NCBI GenBank assembly: GCA_964016885.1
Contig: CAXHJY010001531.1
Location: forward strand, 22,285-86,284
DNA length: 64,000 nt
Source of the DNA: Eledone cirrhosa
Taxonomy: Eukaryota
Reading direction: 5' to 3'
A program made the translations under genes and the position numbers. Below the pieces are notes generated by a model. The model searched no databases. It had not been told where the DNA came from and saw nothing but the letters and a program-made list of their open reading frames with translations. The stretch's first letter is position 1, and the number at the start of each line of letters is the position of its first letter. This document shows, in pieces, positions 12,024 through 26,519 of this stretch.

Positions 12024-15000
12024 TTTTTTATTAAAAAGTACCCCATTTACTCTAACCTGCAATATATATTTTGAACAAATTTTTCAAACAAATCCTCTCC
12101 GAAAAGAGTAACTCTCATATTTTTAGGTTCCTTTTGGTCTCATGTCTTCATAATTAAGATGAATACAAGAAAGCTATTAGATTATCGGCTTTAGTGCTCA
12201 TTGGAACTACAGGCAAAATCTAGTGAAAACTGATTTACAGTACTGTAGCAATTTAACCCATTGATATTTCCGTATTTCTGAAATCATCCAAACTTCGATT
12301 GAAAGCTTTCAAAGCGTTTTTGTTTTTTGTTTTTTGCTGTAGTGCACTCATCCAAAACAATGGGGTGACACCTCTTTAATATTTATGATATTAGGGTGGT
12401 GGATTGGCAGTATTGGTAGAGCGTCAGATAACATTCTTTATGGCATACGGTTACGCCCCTTCATGATCTGAGTTCAAATCCTGCTGAGGTTAACTTTGCC
12501 TTTCATCCTCACAGGGCCAATAAAATAAAGTACCAGTAATGCACTGGGGTCGATTTAATCAACTTTTCCCCTCCCCATAAATTGTTAGTCTTGAGCCTAA
12601 ATCAGAAACCAATATTTGTGATATTCTAAATGCTTTGCTATTAACAAACTGGTGTAACATTGTTGACTAAATCCAAGCCAAAATTAAAAATATAATAGGT
12701 TGTTCAACTTCCGGGAATAAATCAGCAGCAATACATGAAAAAGTAGAAGTCAAATTTTGTTATTTTTCTGTTGTTGCACTTCAAGTAGTAGCTTAATAAA
12801 AAATGTTTTACTAAGAGCATCAAGAAGAAATAAGTCCTCTTCTTTGATAAGAAAATATCCTGTCAAGTATGTCATTTGGGTCCATTTTTCAGTAACATGT
12901 TTCGACAGGTTTTCAGTGTTATAGGAAATATTTTTAATAGTTCTGTCATTAAACCATTAACATGTAAAACTCACAAGTTTCCATGCTTGTCAGGTATTTT
13001 GCACACAGAGCTCAGGGATGATATAACTTTTTCAGATGCATAATCATGATTAAGATGATAATTAAACACACTACTCAACCATTACAGCTGTCCACAATTT
13101 TATCACTAAATTTTCTCTGCATGTCTTTTTGTAATCTTATTTTCCAGTATTTTTTACTCTCTTGTGCAATCTTTTTTTTCTATCATTCTCTCTATTTTTT
13201 CTTGGGATGGGGAGGGGAGCTTATTGCTTTGTCTTTTTTATGTGATTTAAACCATGTCAAAGCAGCTTTTTTTTAAATCTTCAACTGGGGCTCATCTTGC
13301 ATACATTTTGTTAGCACTCCGATACAGGTTTGTACACTAATACGTTCAAACTATATCTCATTGACTGAGTTTGTGGACAACCAAGTATATAGTGAATATA
13401 TTTTCCTATAACCTTGTTATTATGGACTAGTTTTTCTCCCAGTTCACTGAACAACCTGAAATATGAGTAAATGGTATTTTCATTATTCTATTGCCTCTGT
13501 ATTTCTTTGCAATTCTGTCATTTTTACTTTTCAACTGGTTGAATCTAAACCGACTATAAATTCAAGAATTTATTTTGAATTTGCTGCTATTAGCACAGTC
13601 CCTTCGCGAACATCAAGTCATTCTTCCAGGTATGACATCACTATTTGCTGCCGATTACCTTAGCTATTATGGTAGTAATTTCTGGGCACGCCAACTGGAT
13701 AAACAGCTTCACACTCTCTCACCATAATTAGTTATATCTACTGAAGAAGTGATGCAGAATTGGTTTGCATTGCTCAATGCAGCCACTGTGAATTGCAAAT
13801 TGCACTTGTTAAATCAGTCTGCATTCACAGAAATGTCAAGGTCTAGGACAGCCATGTATGACCCCATATTACAAATATACATTTTGTTAGCACTCCAACA
13901 CAGGTTTGCATGATAATACATTCAAACCTTATCTCATTGACTTTTATATATATATATACTGTGTGTGTGTGTGTGTGTGAGTGAGTGTGAGTGTGAGTGT
14001 GAGTGTGTGTGTGTGTGTGTGATTATAATGTAGTACTTTACTATTTTCTTTGTTAAGATGAGATGTAGAAATGTAATAAATAATAATTTCATATCTTTGA
14101 CTTTCTTATAATATTGAATATATATATATATACATTCATCTTCCACATCCTAACACTCCACCCTTCACATATGACCCATCACCAGATAAGTACCCTACCC
14201 CACCCTAGATCTACCTTTCCAGTCCTCATGCACTTCCACCACCTTAGTCATCAGTTCACACTGTAAAGTAGTTGTTTTGGTGCCACAACAAAAAGCGCCC
14301 CGTCTGACACCTACACAACCACTGTAAAGTGGTTGTGTAGGTGTCATGACAAAAAGCACCCAGCCCACACTATAAAGTGGTCATTTTGGTGCCACGATAA
14401 AAAGCACCCAGGACACACTGTAAATGTGATTGCTATTACGAAGGGCATCAAGCCATAGAAACCAAGCCCAAATTAGTTCTGTATGAGCAAGACATTATCA
14501 CCTGATCTGACTTGTATCACAATGGGACAACTTTATGTCATGAATTTTACCAATTTCCAAACATTTTGAACACATAAAAATATATTCACCTATAAAGTGA
14601 AACCAATGTAAAATTTATTCACCTCCTAGTAAAACCAGTGTAATATTCACCTCCAAAGCAAAAATATTTTAGCACCTAATTTACAAAGAATTTGAAGTTG
14701 GTGAAATCAGCAATATATTGACCTCGAATATAAGCTAAAAGTCCCCATTTTACCATCAATTTTTTTGTCACATATTTCTTGGCTTTTACTTCAAATGCTT
14801 CTGATTGATTGGACCCAAGGGCCAGGTATTGGAATTAAACCATGTACCAGATGAAATCTACCACACAAGAACAGCAGTGGGTTCTCTGACAGGCTTCCTT
14901 GATAGACCTAAGGCCATGGCAAAAAGCACTTGCCTAAGATATTGTACCATTTGATCAAATCTGAAACTACATATTTGCAAATCAAACTTCTTAACAACAC

Positions 15001-15183
15001 AGTCATGTATGTAACTATTTACAATTTACACTCATAAATCACTGCTGTATTTTCATGTTTATCACCTCCTTTAAAAATTATTTCTATTAATAACCAGTTG
15101 TTTTTGTTTGGAGAGGGTGGGATGAAGATAGGCAGAAGTATTCTAGCACTAAACAAAATGGGACTCTCAGCTGCTACTTTAGT

Positions 15184-15408
15184 TTAACCCATTAGCATTT
15201 AAACTGGCCATTTCTGGCCAGAATTCTCTCACCTCTTTCTGTTCAAACCAGCCAAAACTGGCCATACTGATGTTAAGTTGTTGTTTTCAAAATAAATAAT
15301 ATCAAAATCTCGTAAATTCGGTACTATGCAAGATAATTATGTGAAATAAAGTGTTTACCATGAAAATACAATAGAAAATACAGAGTAATGTAAATGCTAA
15401 AGGGTTAA
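15184..15408. mobile_element. piggyBac-type MITE with TTAA target duplication (opposite-orientation copy 48036-48236)
   Basis: TTAA-cccattagcattta ... taaatgctaaaggg-TTAA. Confidence 0.7.
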
Positions 15409-17781
15409 ACTAGAATTATCTAAACTAAAATGATAATTATCTAATTTGAAATTTACTGAATTTTGATTTTTTTTTAAATTGTTATTTATAATCATTTTGG
15501 ACAAAAAACAAAACCTGACAAAGGGCAGAAGAACTCATAAGAGTCAACAGCCATCTAAAAAAAAAAAAAAAAAAATCCTGGCAAATCAGTTCCAGCTGTA
15601 CGCATCGAAAGACTGGTGTAGTGGTTCTGAGACAATGCGGCTTTGCAGATGATCAATGCAAATTGACAATGGAAAGGCGCTCTTGCTCGAGTTAGAAGAG
15701 AACTACTAACCCTCAGGAGAATTAGCGGTCCCCGATTGTATTCAGCAACACAAACAAATATGAAGTACACCAAATCAAATGTTCCTAGGAGCGGCCTTGG
15801 TTCTTCTTATTTGCGAGTGTAAACTTGGCCAGATTAGAAATCAATAAAATAAGTAACAGCCTGAAATAAGTACTAAGGTTGATCAGCTTAAATCCAGTCC
15901 CACTTCATATCCACTAACTAAAATTAGTAAACGGAAAGGACTAAAAAAAAAAAAAAGAATACTATAATGCAAAGAGAGTTTTGCCTTAACAATACAATAT
16001 GTAATACACCAGACATTTCTGGCCTAACTCCACCAGTTGCAAAAAAGTACCATAGGATATTAAGATTGCTGCTGTAAGAAACATGGTGCATTGTACAACA
16101 GACAGGTTTTTTTAGAAAAATGCAACCCTCAAGGTGTATTTCAGAGAATGCTTAATGTAGGATCTATAGAGTATCTGTTGATTTTACAAGACAAGATATA
16201 TTGAATAAAGTTATATTGTTGTTGTTTAAGCTCAGATCAATCTGATTGAGCTGACCTATGATGAAAGGGCTATTGTTTAGCTCGAGATCAACATTGTATA
16301 GTCTGGCCTATAATCAAAGTTGTTCCAGCCATGACCATGTTGTTGCTGTTTACCTCCAGATTAGCCCTGATTGAGTTGGCTTTTGATCAAAGGTGAAAAG
16401 CTATGATCATTCGGTCTTTTTTTATGCAGAATGTATCCCCAACTACATTATCCATTATCCAATTTGTCTTTCCCTTTATTTAACTCTTTAAGTATCATAT
16501 GAAACCACAATAGCAAGACATTCTTAAAATGTAAAAATTATCACTATGACTGCACCACATTAATATTCAAAGTCGTTAATGCAAATTTTCACGACAATCT
16601 GTCCATTAGTAAAGATACCATAAACATTTGTAGTTACCTTTCTCCTTTGCCCTCATAGCAGTTTACAATGATACTTCTGCACCAGTTATTGGGTATGACA
16701 CCATCTTGTACTATTTGATTGATTATGTGCCTGACTAACTTGTAACCTACCATGCCAGATCATCCAACTGCCTTCCCTACTTTCATATTCTTAATTGCTT
16801 AGTATATCACACTGTTGTAAACTTTTACAGCTTATCCCTCAGTTGGACGGATCTACATGAAGTAAGCCCTCATGCTCCCTTTTATTCTCTGAAAACCTAC
16901 CTTCCTAATTGCATAATACGAAATGAAACAAACGTAGATGACACACTAGTCTGCACCAATCTTCTTTTCACTCCTCCCCATTCACTTATCCCAGTTTTAA
17001 TACCCTGCCCCCACCTGCTAAATATTCCATGCACATCGTTGATGTTTAACTTGCCTAATTGTCTCCCCTCCAAACCCTCACCCCTGATACACATCAGCCC
17101 AACCCACACATACGAGCAAGAAACCTGGACATGCTCTATATCTGATCTCACACAATGATGTTGATATGGAAAAAAAGGCACTAAATCCACCTTGTATGCT
17201 GATCCGGTGCCACAACAACCAAAACACCTAGATCATACTGCAAGGTGGTTGTGTTGGTGACACGAGAAAAAGCACCTTGTCCACACTGTAAGGTGGTAGT
17301 TTTGGTGACACAACAAAAAGTTCCTAGTTCACCCTGTTTAAGTGGTCGTTTCAGTGCCACAAAAAAAGAGCAGTCAGTCCATACTATAGCATGGCTGGTG
17401 TTACAATGGGTATCCAGTAGTAGAAACCAACAAAGATACAGATTTGTATGAGCATGCTGGTCTGAGAAAGATTTCTTTCATAAGGTGACAACCCATCTAA
17501 CCCATGCAAGTGTGAAAAAAAATGTATGTTAAATTAGGATAATGATGATGTTACTATATATCTGTCACACAAAAAGTCACCTTCTCTGTGAACCTACCTG
17601 TAATTCAACTACACATGGGTACAAACCTAGTGGTATAAATATCAAAACCAATTCTAGTAAGATTAAAAAATGAATATAGAAGGACAACACTAATGATTAT
17701 TAGACATTTAGTCTAGTGCTCTGTAGTTTCTGCCTCTCATTAGTGTGTGTGTGTGTATATATATATGTATATACTGCAGTA

Positions 17782-18352
17782 TATATGTCGGGTCACTCTT
17801 CAGTGCTACTGGTAACATGTAACCCAGTACAACCTGTCATATGGTCGGGTCGTCGGCAACTAAACCGGCAATCCCACCAAGTTTACTTGGTGAGGAGGGT
17901 GATTTTGGACACCCTGCAGGACAAAAAACAAAACTTGACAAAGGGCGGAAGAACTCATAAGAGTCAACGGCCATCCAAAAGTGTGTAAATATGTATATAC
18001 ACATGTACATATGTATGTATATGCGCAAGGACATAGAAATAGTCGGGCTGGACACCCGATCGCGTGGTTAAACCACTTGGAGTGACGGACCCTAGCCTTT
18101 GTCAGGGCATTCTTCTAGAAGGCAACTCAGGAAACTGGGATAACTCCGATATAAAACATGCGGCTCAGTAGTTACCGATGATGTTGATCTTTTCTTCTTT
18201 TTGTGTTATAGCTACTGTCGCTCAATGCACAGTCTTTCCTCACTTTAAAAAATATCTTCACACACAGGCATTGCACGATAGAATTAATTAATAATTTTTA
18301 ATAATGGTATATCGTGCAATGGGCATACTCGATAACGAGGGGGGCAGCCATC
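17782..18352 (+). mobile_element. ~570 bp non-coding retroposon with 13-bp TSD
   Basis: atatactgcagta at 17769-17781 and 18353-18365; internal block 17903-17980 recurs at 15493-15560. Confidence 0.55.
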
Positions 18353-18421
18353 ATATACTGCAGTACAGATTTGGTATAAATATCCAAGGGTAAGAGCATT
18401 CAGTCTATAGGATGAGTTAAG

Positions 18422-18605
18422 TATAATTAGTTACAACAGTTATATATACAGGTACTTAAGTTTGTTGGGTTATACACCCCAACTCATTCAGTCTGTTATA
18501 TAAGTCATCTTTGTTTATATAATAAACTGAATGAGTGAATGAGTTAGGGTGTATAACCTAACGAAACTTAAGTACCTGCATATGTCACTGTGGTAACTAA
18601 TTATA
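18422..18605. mobile_element. Palindromic Penelope-type insertion with variant hammerhead (CTGAATGA core)
   Basis: Arms ~18422-18501 and ~18516-18605; + arm has gttagg/cctaac stem II, GAAA 18563, palindromic cttaag, GUA triplet; abuts (TA)n at 18602. Confidence 0.6.
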
Positions 18606-18619
18606 TATATATATATATT

Positions 18620-18735
18620 TAATGTATAATAAACAACACAGTATAATTACTCCATTACCCAAGGTTTCTCGAATAGGACGAACACAAGAGACGTCCACAT
18701 TCGTTTGTCAGATGAAGCAATATATATATACTATA

Positions 18736-18747
<12 letters not shown>
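18620..18747 (-). mobile_element. Hammerhead-bearing inverted arm (partner 21070-21197)
   Basis: Apparently exact reverse complement of 21070-21197 over ~125 bp. Confidence 0.8.
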
Positions 18748-18832
<85 letters not shown>

Positions 18833-18877
18833 CTATATATATATATATATATATGTGTCTATATATATATATATATA

Positions 18878-18936
<59 letters not shown>

Positions 18937-18977
18937 CTATATATATATATGTCTATATATATATATATATATATATA

Positions 18978-19018
<41 letters not shown>

Positions 19019-19031
19019 CTATATATATATA

Positions 19032-19092
<61 letters not shown>

Positions 19093-19111
19093 GTGTCTAT
19101 ATATATATAAA

Positions 19112-19150
<39 letters not shown>

Positions 19151-19196
19151 CTATATATATATATATATATATATGTGTCTATATATATATATATAT
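18735..19196. repeat. (TA)n-TGTGTC compound satellite
   Basis: TA runs punctuated by (tg)tgtc. Confidence 0.95.
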
Positions 19197-19197
19197 A

Positions 19198-21063
19198 ACG
19201 TTGAATAACTTTGAATAACTTTGAAATGTTTTGGCCAGTATTGGCCCAGGCCATGTCTAACTTAATAGCACCACCTGGCGAAGTCTTTCAATTCAGGATT
19301 TGGGCACCATGGCCCATTCGAGAAGAGAATTACTGTTTGCGGAGACATATCCGGGTGTGGGTGGTTTGTCCGGGATTACTTGGAGGAATTTGTCCAAAGA
19401 CTTCTTGAATTTTGTGTGGTCAGTTTCTGTTTTGACGTGTCCTGGTGTGATGTTGAAGAGAGCAGGGCCGATTGAGGTGAAATAATTGTGCCGTATTGTT
19501 GTTATGAGTTGCGATTTAGATTTTTGAATGGGACGGATAGCACGGGGCCCAAGCCTTGGGTGTATCTTGAAGGCGATGCCAACATCATTTGGGCAGTGAT
19601 GATGGAACATTTTCCACATCATGCAGATAATATAACGCTCACGGCGACGTTGGAGTGAGTAAAGTTTCAGGTTTTCCAATCGACCCCAGTAGTCAAGGTC
19701 TGACATGCCATCTATCTTTTTCGTGATTGCCCTTTGAGGAGCTTCAAGTTTCATGATACTTTGTTTCGTGTGGGGAGACCACAGTGGACAACAGTATTCA
19801 AGGTGTGGTCGGGCGAAAGTAGAGAAGAGAAGGATAATGGTGCGGGAATCTCTCGACTGGAAGGTTCTGAGGATCCAGGAACACATTCTGCGGGCCATGT
19901 CAACTTTGCTGCTTATATGCGTGGTCCAGCTTATGTTGCTGTCCACGGTTACTCCCAAGTCTCTGATGTTGTTAGATGCCACGAGAGTTTCCCCGGAGGG
20001 AAGGGAGTACGGGAGTTTCAGAGCATCCTCTTTTCCAAAGTGGATCAGTTCGAATTTGTCTTCGTTCAGTAACATGTTGTTCTTTTCTGCCCATTGGGTA
20101 ACAGCCAGTAGGTCTGACTGAAGGCTTATCCGGTCATCCACGCCATTGATGACCTTTTGGAGCTTGGAATCATCAGCGAAAATTTTAATGTTGCTGTGTT
20201 TGATGATGTCAGTGATGTCATTAATATAGATGATGAAGAGAAGTGGGCCCAACACAGTGCCTTGTGGGACTCCACTACTGACTTTGGCTGGGCTTGATTT
20301 GACTCCCTCAACTACAACATGTTGGGTTCTGTTTGACAGGAAGCTCTTGATCCACTGCAGCAGCTTTCCAGTGACACCAATATTGGACAGCTTTCTCAGT
20401 AGAATGTTATGATCAACCCTGTCAAAGGCCTTGCTGAAATCAAGGTAGATAACATCAGTGTTGGAACCCTCTCCCAAGGCTCTCAAAATGTCATCAAAGT
20501 GATGCAGTAGTTGCGTCAGGCAATCCCTTCCATTACGGAATCCATGCTGGTTGGAGTTCAGCATATTGTTACTCTCAAGGAAGTGGGTCATTCGCGATCT
20601 CACCACTCGCTCAAATACCTTAATGATATGAGAGGTGAGATTGGACGGTAATTCACGGCAAGGGATTTGTTTCCCTTTTTGAAAACTGGGACAACAGACT
20701 GGGATAGAAGGTTTTCTGGCACATATCCAGCATCCAGTGAGTTCCGCCACAGATTGGCAAGAGGAGAAGCAAGTTGGTGTTGACACGCCTTCAAGACACA
20801 AGCAGGGAACCTATCGGGACCTACTGCTGAATTATGCTTGATTTCCTTTATTGCCGCCAAGACATCAGGGGCGCCAAACGTTATGTCCGATAAGGTGTAA
20901 TGGGGAGTAACATCGCCGATACAGCCCAGATCGGCCATATCAGGATTGCTGAAAACAGAGCAGTATTGTTTCTGCAGTATCTCACCCATGGTTTTAGCAT
21001 TGTCTTGAAGAGTGCCATTTTCATCAATTAGAGGGCCAACAGTAGAGCCAGTGATTTTGTGTT
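19198..21063 (-). mobile_element. 5'-truncated CR1/L2-group LINE, RT with one frameshift (~20640)
   Basis: ORFs 20600-21112 and 19293-20801: GPDRFPA, PVFKKG..NYRPIS, QHGFR, YLDFSKAFDRVDH, GVPQGTVLGPLLF, FADD, RPHLEYC; tandem ttcaaagtta tail at 19199-19226. Confidence 0.9.
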
Positions 21064-21096
21064 TATATATATATAGACACATATAGTATATATATA

Positions 21097-21170
21097 TTGC
21101 TTCATCTGACAAACGAATGTGGACGTCTCTTGTGTTCGTCCTATTCGAGAAACCTTGGGTAATGGAGTAA
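21097..21170 (+). ncRNA. Type I hammerhead-like motif with G8>A core change (antisense twin 18647-18720)
   Basis: 9-bp stem I ttgcttcat/atggagtaa; CTGACAA 21106-21112; stem II cgaat..ggacg/cgtcc..attcg; GAAA 21149; ccttggg; GUA triplet. Confidence 0.6.
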
Positions 21171-21193
21171 TTATACTGTGTTGTTTATTATAC

Positions 21194-21195
<2 letters not shown>

Positions 21196-21237
<42 letters not shown>

Positions 21238-21375
21238 TATATATATATATATATATATATGTGTGTCTATATATATATATATATATATGTGTCTATATAT
21301 ATATATATATATGTGTGTCTATATATATATATATATGTGTCTATATATATATATATGTGTCTATATATATATATA

Positions 21376-21426
<51 letters not shown>

Positions 21427-21511
21427 CTATATATATATATATATATGTGTCTATATATATATATATGTGTCTATATATATATATATGTGACTATATATAT
21501 ATATATGTGTC

Positions 21512-21542
<31 letters not shown>

Positions 21543-21559
21543 CTATATATATATATATA

Positions 21560-21600
<41 letters not shown>

Positions 21601-21617
21601 ATAAATATATATATACA

Positions 21618-21656
<39 letters not shown>

Positions 21657-21790
21657 CTATATATATATATATATGTGTGTGTGTCTATATATATATATAT
21701 GTGTGTGTCTATATATAAGTATGTGTGTATATATACACTCAAACATATATATAGACACACACATATATATATCATCATATATATATATAT
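21196..21790. repeat. (TA)n-TGTGTC compound satellite
   Basis: Same unit and polarity as 18735-19196. Confidence 0.95.
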
Positions 21791-22573
21791 CATCATCATT
21801 TAACGTCCATGTTCCACGCTTGCATGGGTTTGGACGGGAGTTTTCCCACTTGAGGCAAGAGTGGTTGTCTTGCTCGCATAGGACTGTCTATGTTTCTACA
21901 GCTGGAGGCCCTTCCTAACACCAACCACATTTACAGTGTGGGGCTGGCAGGTTCTTACCGTGTTGCCTACACGGCCACATTACAGCGTGGACTGTGTGTT
22001 TTTTTGTCGTGACACCTACACGATCTCATTTGTTTTGGCCTGGATGTTGTGGCACCAACATAACTTTACATTGAAAGGGGCGGTGTGGATGGGGTGGGGG
22101 TGGTGGGACGGGGGTGTATTTTGTTAGAGATGCCTACTGACTGTAGTAGGTTTTACTTTGTATTTAGGTAAGGCGGGTCTTCTCTATTACTGAGTACCGC
22201 CAAAGATCTCGGTCCAGTGACATTGTCTTGGAGAGGTATAAGTGTGTGAGGTCGGAATTTATCAGGTCGTCCCAGGTTTTTCTGGGTCTGCCTACTCCGT
22301 GGCTACCGTCTATCTTTATTGCCCTGCACTTTTTTATACAGCTGTCATCTTTCATGCGCATCACGTGACCATACCAACGTAGCCTTCTCGTGAGTAAACA
22401 ACATCTGATCCCTCTTATTTCTAATTTTTCCCTTAGTTCGTTTATGCTTTGCCGTTCACGTATTTTACTATTACACATCCAGCGGAGCATGCAAGCTTCG
22501 TTCCTCTCTAGTCTGCATATATCCTCTGCACACAATGCCCAGGTCTCACTGCCATGCAACATTGCTGTTCATA
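21789..22573 (-). mobile_element. RTE LINE 3' fragment, same family as 28249-31010, inverted
   Basis: ORF 22164-22562 ([11 protein letters not shown]...[12 protein letters not shown]...EKTRLT) nearly identical to the C-terminus of ORF 28498-30615; 3' UTR and (gat)n tail present. Confidence 0.9.
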
Positions 22574-22682
22574 CATATATATATATATATATATATAGAC
22601 ACATATATATATATATATATATATAGACATATATATATATATATATATATAGACATATATATATATATATATATATAGACAC

Positions 22683-22713
<31 letters not shown>

Positions 22714-22800
22714 TATATATATATATATATAGAGAGACACATATATATATATATATAGACACATATATATATATATATATATAGACACATATATATATAT
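22571..22800. repeat. (TA)n-GACAC compound satellite (opposite polarity)
   Basis: TA runs punctuated by gac(ac). Confidence 0.95.
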
Positions 22801-22807
22801 TTTTTTT

Positions 22808-23365
22808 AATTTTCTTATTTTACGTCTTTCATATAATTGTTCTGCATCCCCCTGCATAGAACCACAAAGGTACTAAGACATAACATATATATTTGCTAAC
22901 ATGGGTGTACATCTGTACACATATGTTGGTAGATGTACTAATTCTCTATATTTATCTCCAAATTATTTGTTGAGCAAAACTTGCCAAAATTTACTGCTGA
23001 TTCATGGTAGTAGTAGGCTCTTGTCATAATACCACCCCGCTCCTAACTGATTAACCTCAGTGTCACATGATTGATTCTTTAGAATCTGCCACTGATCAGA
23101 GGCAGTGAATATTTTCAGTGCTCCGGAATTTAGTCCTCGCTAGCTTTATTCCATCCACTGAATTATTATTATTTTTATATGGGTTCCTAGTGTCCGCGCA
23201 TCGCCTGGGAACTTAGCTGAGAATAGACTCCCTGATGACGTAAGGAATTCTCTATAGTTATATTATGTAACTATATTTATCCCCTTACAGAAACTAATTA
23301 GTTGGAGTGAAAATTTTAGTAAGTAGATTTTTAATTTTTAAAATTTTCTTATTTTACGTCTTTCA

Positions 23366-23369
<4 letters not shown>
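22808..23369 (+). mobile_element. ~560 bp non-coding hammerhead-containing unit bounded by 28-bp direct repeats (PLE-derived or retrozyme-like)
   Basis: aattttcttattttacgtctttcatata at 22808-22835 and 23342-23369; no coding capacity; hammerhead near the 3' end. Confidence 0.65.
23227..23308 (+). ncRNA. Type I hammerhead ribozyme
   Basis: Stem I actcc/ggagt; CTGATGA 23232-23238; stem II gtaagg/ccttac with inner hairpin tatagtta/taactata; GAAA 23290; palindromic ctaattag; GUU triplet. Confidence 0.8.
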
Positions 23370-23870
<501 letters not shown>

Positions 23871-24946
23871 CTAAGGCGGGTAAAATTCAAGAGATCCATG
23901 GACGAGTTCTCTCCAGCGGTCTCTGTTCCTCATTATCGCTGCCATGTCCTGCATCTCCAACAGACCAGTGTCTGTCCTTAGGGCATCAACATACGTTAAC
24001 TTTGGTCTTCCTCTTCTAGTGTGTCCATGTAGGGGCTCCCACAGGAGCACTGAGTGCAATGTCAACTCTGGATGTCGGTGAGCATGTCCAGCCAACCTCA
24101 GTCTCCTCTGTGTCACTTTTGAGCTGACTTTTGGGATGCTCCCATACAGCTCTGAGTTTTTCATCCTCAGTGTATACTGATTAATGTTCAGAGCCATCCT
24201 CAGCATTCTCGTGTAGCACCCATCCACCATCTGAGTGAGTTTCTTGGTCAGTGTCCAAGTCTCAGACCCATACAGCAGCACAGACTCCACTACAGCAATG
24301 AAGAGGCGGATTTTCAGATCTCTACGAAGGTCCGACTTCCACACCGATCTCAAGCTGTGGCACGCCGCCCAGGCCTTTCTCTTCCTCTCAACCACATCAT
24401 CTTCCGTATTCCCAATCTTTGCTCCCAAATACAGGAAGTCCTCAACCAATTCCAGCAGCTTCCCGCCTACATTAGTGATCCCCTCTGGCTTCTCAACATT
24501 CTCTACCAGATATTTTATTTTAGTCTCATTCATTCTCAGCCCCACACTCATCGACACAGTCTCAACCTCCCGCATTAAATCCTCTGCCTCCTTCACTGTA
24601 TTTGTCACCAAAACTATGTCGTCGGCAAATTCAGCATCTGATACCTTTTTCGCCCTAACTCTCCTGCTCTGAGCCGGTGCTACAGTAAAGCCAGAGTCCT
24701 GATGTTTCTCCAGTGCAAGGCGCATACAATAGTCCACTACGATGATGAAAAGGTAGGGACCCAATGTATCTCCCTGGAGCACTCCAGCCAGTATCTCAAA
24801 GAACACTGTCATCCCATCAGGTGTAATGACTTGGGCTTTGGTGTTGGTGTAGAGCAGTGATATCAGGTCCACTATCTTCTTGGGGATTCCATAAGCCTGT
24901 AAGATCTTCATCAGGCAGTAACGGTCCACAGAATCAAAGGCCTTCA
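23871..24946 (-). mobile_element. RTE-clade LINE fragment (second family), open RT C-terminal part
   Basis: Last ~358 aa of ORF 23871-28385: [53 protein letters not shown]. Confidence 0.9.
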
Positions 24947-24959
24947 TATATATATATAG

Positions 24960-25006
<47 letters not shown>

Positions 25007-25215
25007 TATATATATATATATATATAGACACATATATATATATATATAGACACATATATATATATATATAGACACATATATATATATATAGACACATATA
25101 TATATATAGACACATATATATATATATATAGACACATATATATATATATATATAGAGACACATATATATATAGAGACACATATATATATATAGAGACACA
25201 TATATATATATAGAG

Positions 25216-25256
<41 letters not shown>

Positions 25257-25405
25257 TATATATATATAGACACACATATATATAGACACACATATATATA
25301 TAGACACACACAAATATATATATATATAGACACACACACATATATATATATATATAGACACACATATATATATATATATATAGACACACATATATATATA
25401 TATAG

Positions 25406-25452
<47 letters not shown>

Positions 25453-25467
25453 TATATATATATATAG

Positions 25468-25514
<47 letters not shown>

Positions 25515-25569
25515 TATATATATATATAGATATATAGACACACATATATATATATATATAGATATATAG

Positions 25570-25664
<95 letters not shown>

Positions 25665-25753
25665 GACACATATATATATATAGACACATATATATATATA
25701 TATAGACACATATATATATATATATAGACACACATATATATATATATATATAG

Positions 25754-25838
<85 letters not shown>

Positions 25839-26326
25839 TATATATATATATATAGACACACATATATATATATATATAGAGACACATATATATATATATA
25901 GAGACACACATATATATATATAGAGACACACATAATATATAGACACATATATATATATAGACACATATATATATATAGAGAGACACATATATATATATAT
26001 AGAGACACATATATATATATATAGAGACATGTATATATATATAGAGACACATATATATATATATAGAGAGAGAGACACACACATATATATATATATAGAG
26101 AGAGAGACACACATATATATATAGAGACACATATATATATATAGAGACACACATATATATATATAGAGACACATATATATATATAGAGACACACATATAT
26201 ATATATAGAGACACACATATATATATATAGAAACACACATATATATATATAGAGACACACATATATATATATAGAGACACACATATATATATAGAGAGAC
26301 ACACATATATATATATATATATAGAG

Positions 26327-26397
<71 letters not shown>

Positions 26398-26486
26398 TAT
26401 AGAGACACACACACATATATATATATATATAGAGAGAGAGAGACACACATATATATATATAGAGACACATATATATATATAGAGAG

Positions 26487-26519
<33 letters not shown>

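Noticed and set aside
12960-13870. Possible decayed DNA transposase
   Set aside because: Only vague similarity by eye; no motif I can support.
14255-14430. ~43-bp tandem units resembling a CRISPR array
   Set aside because: Degenerate repeats without unique spacers, part of the RTE-tail family; eukaryotic context with no cas genes.
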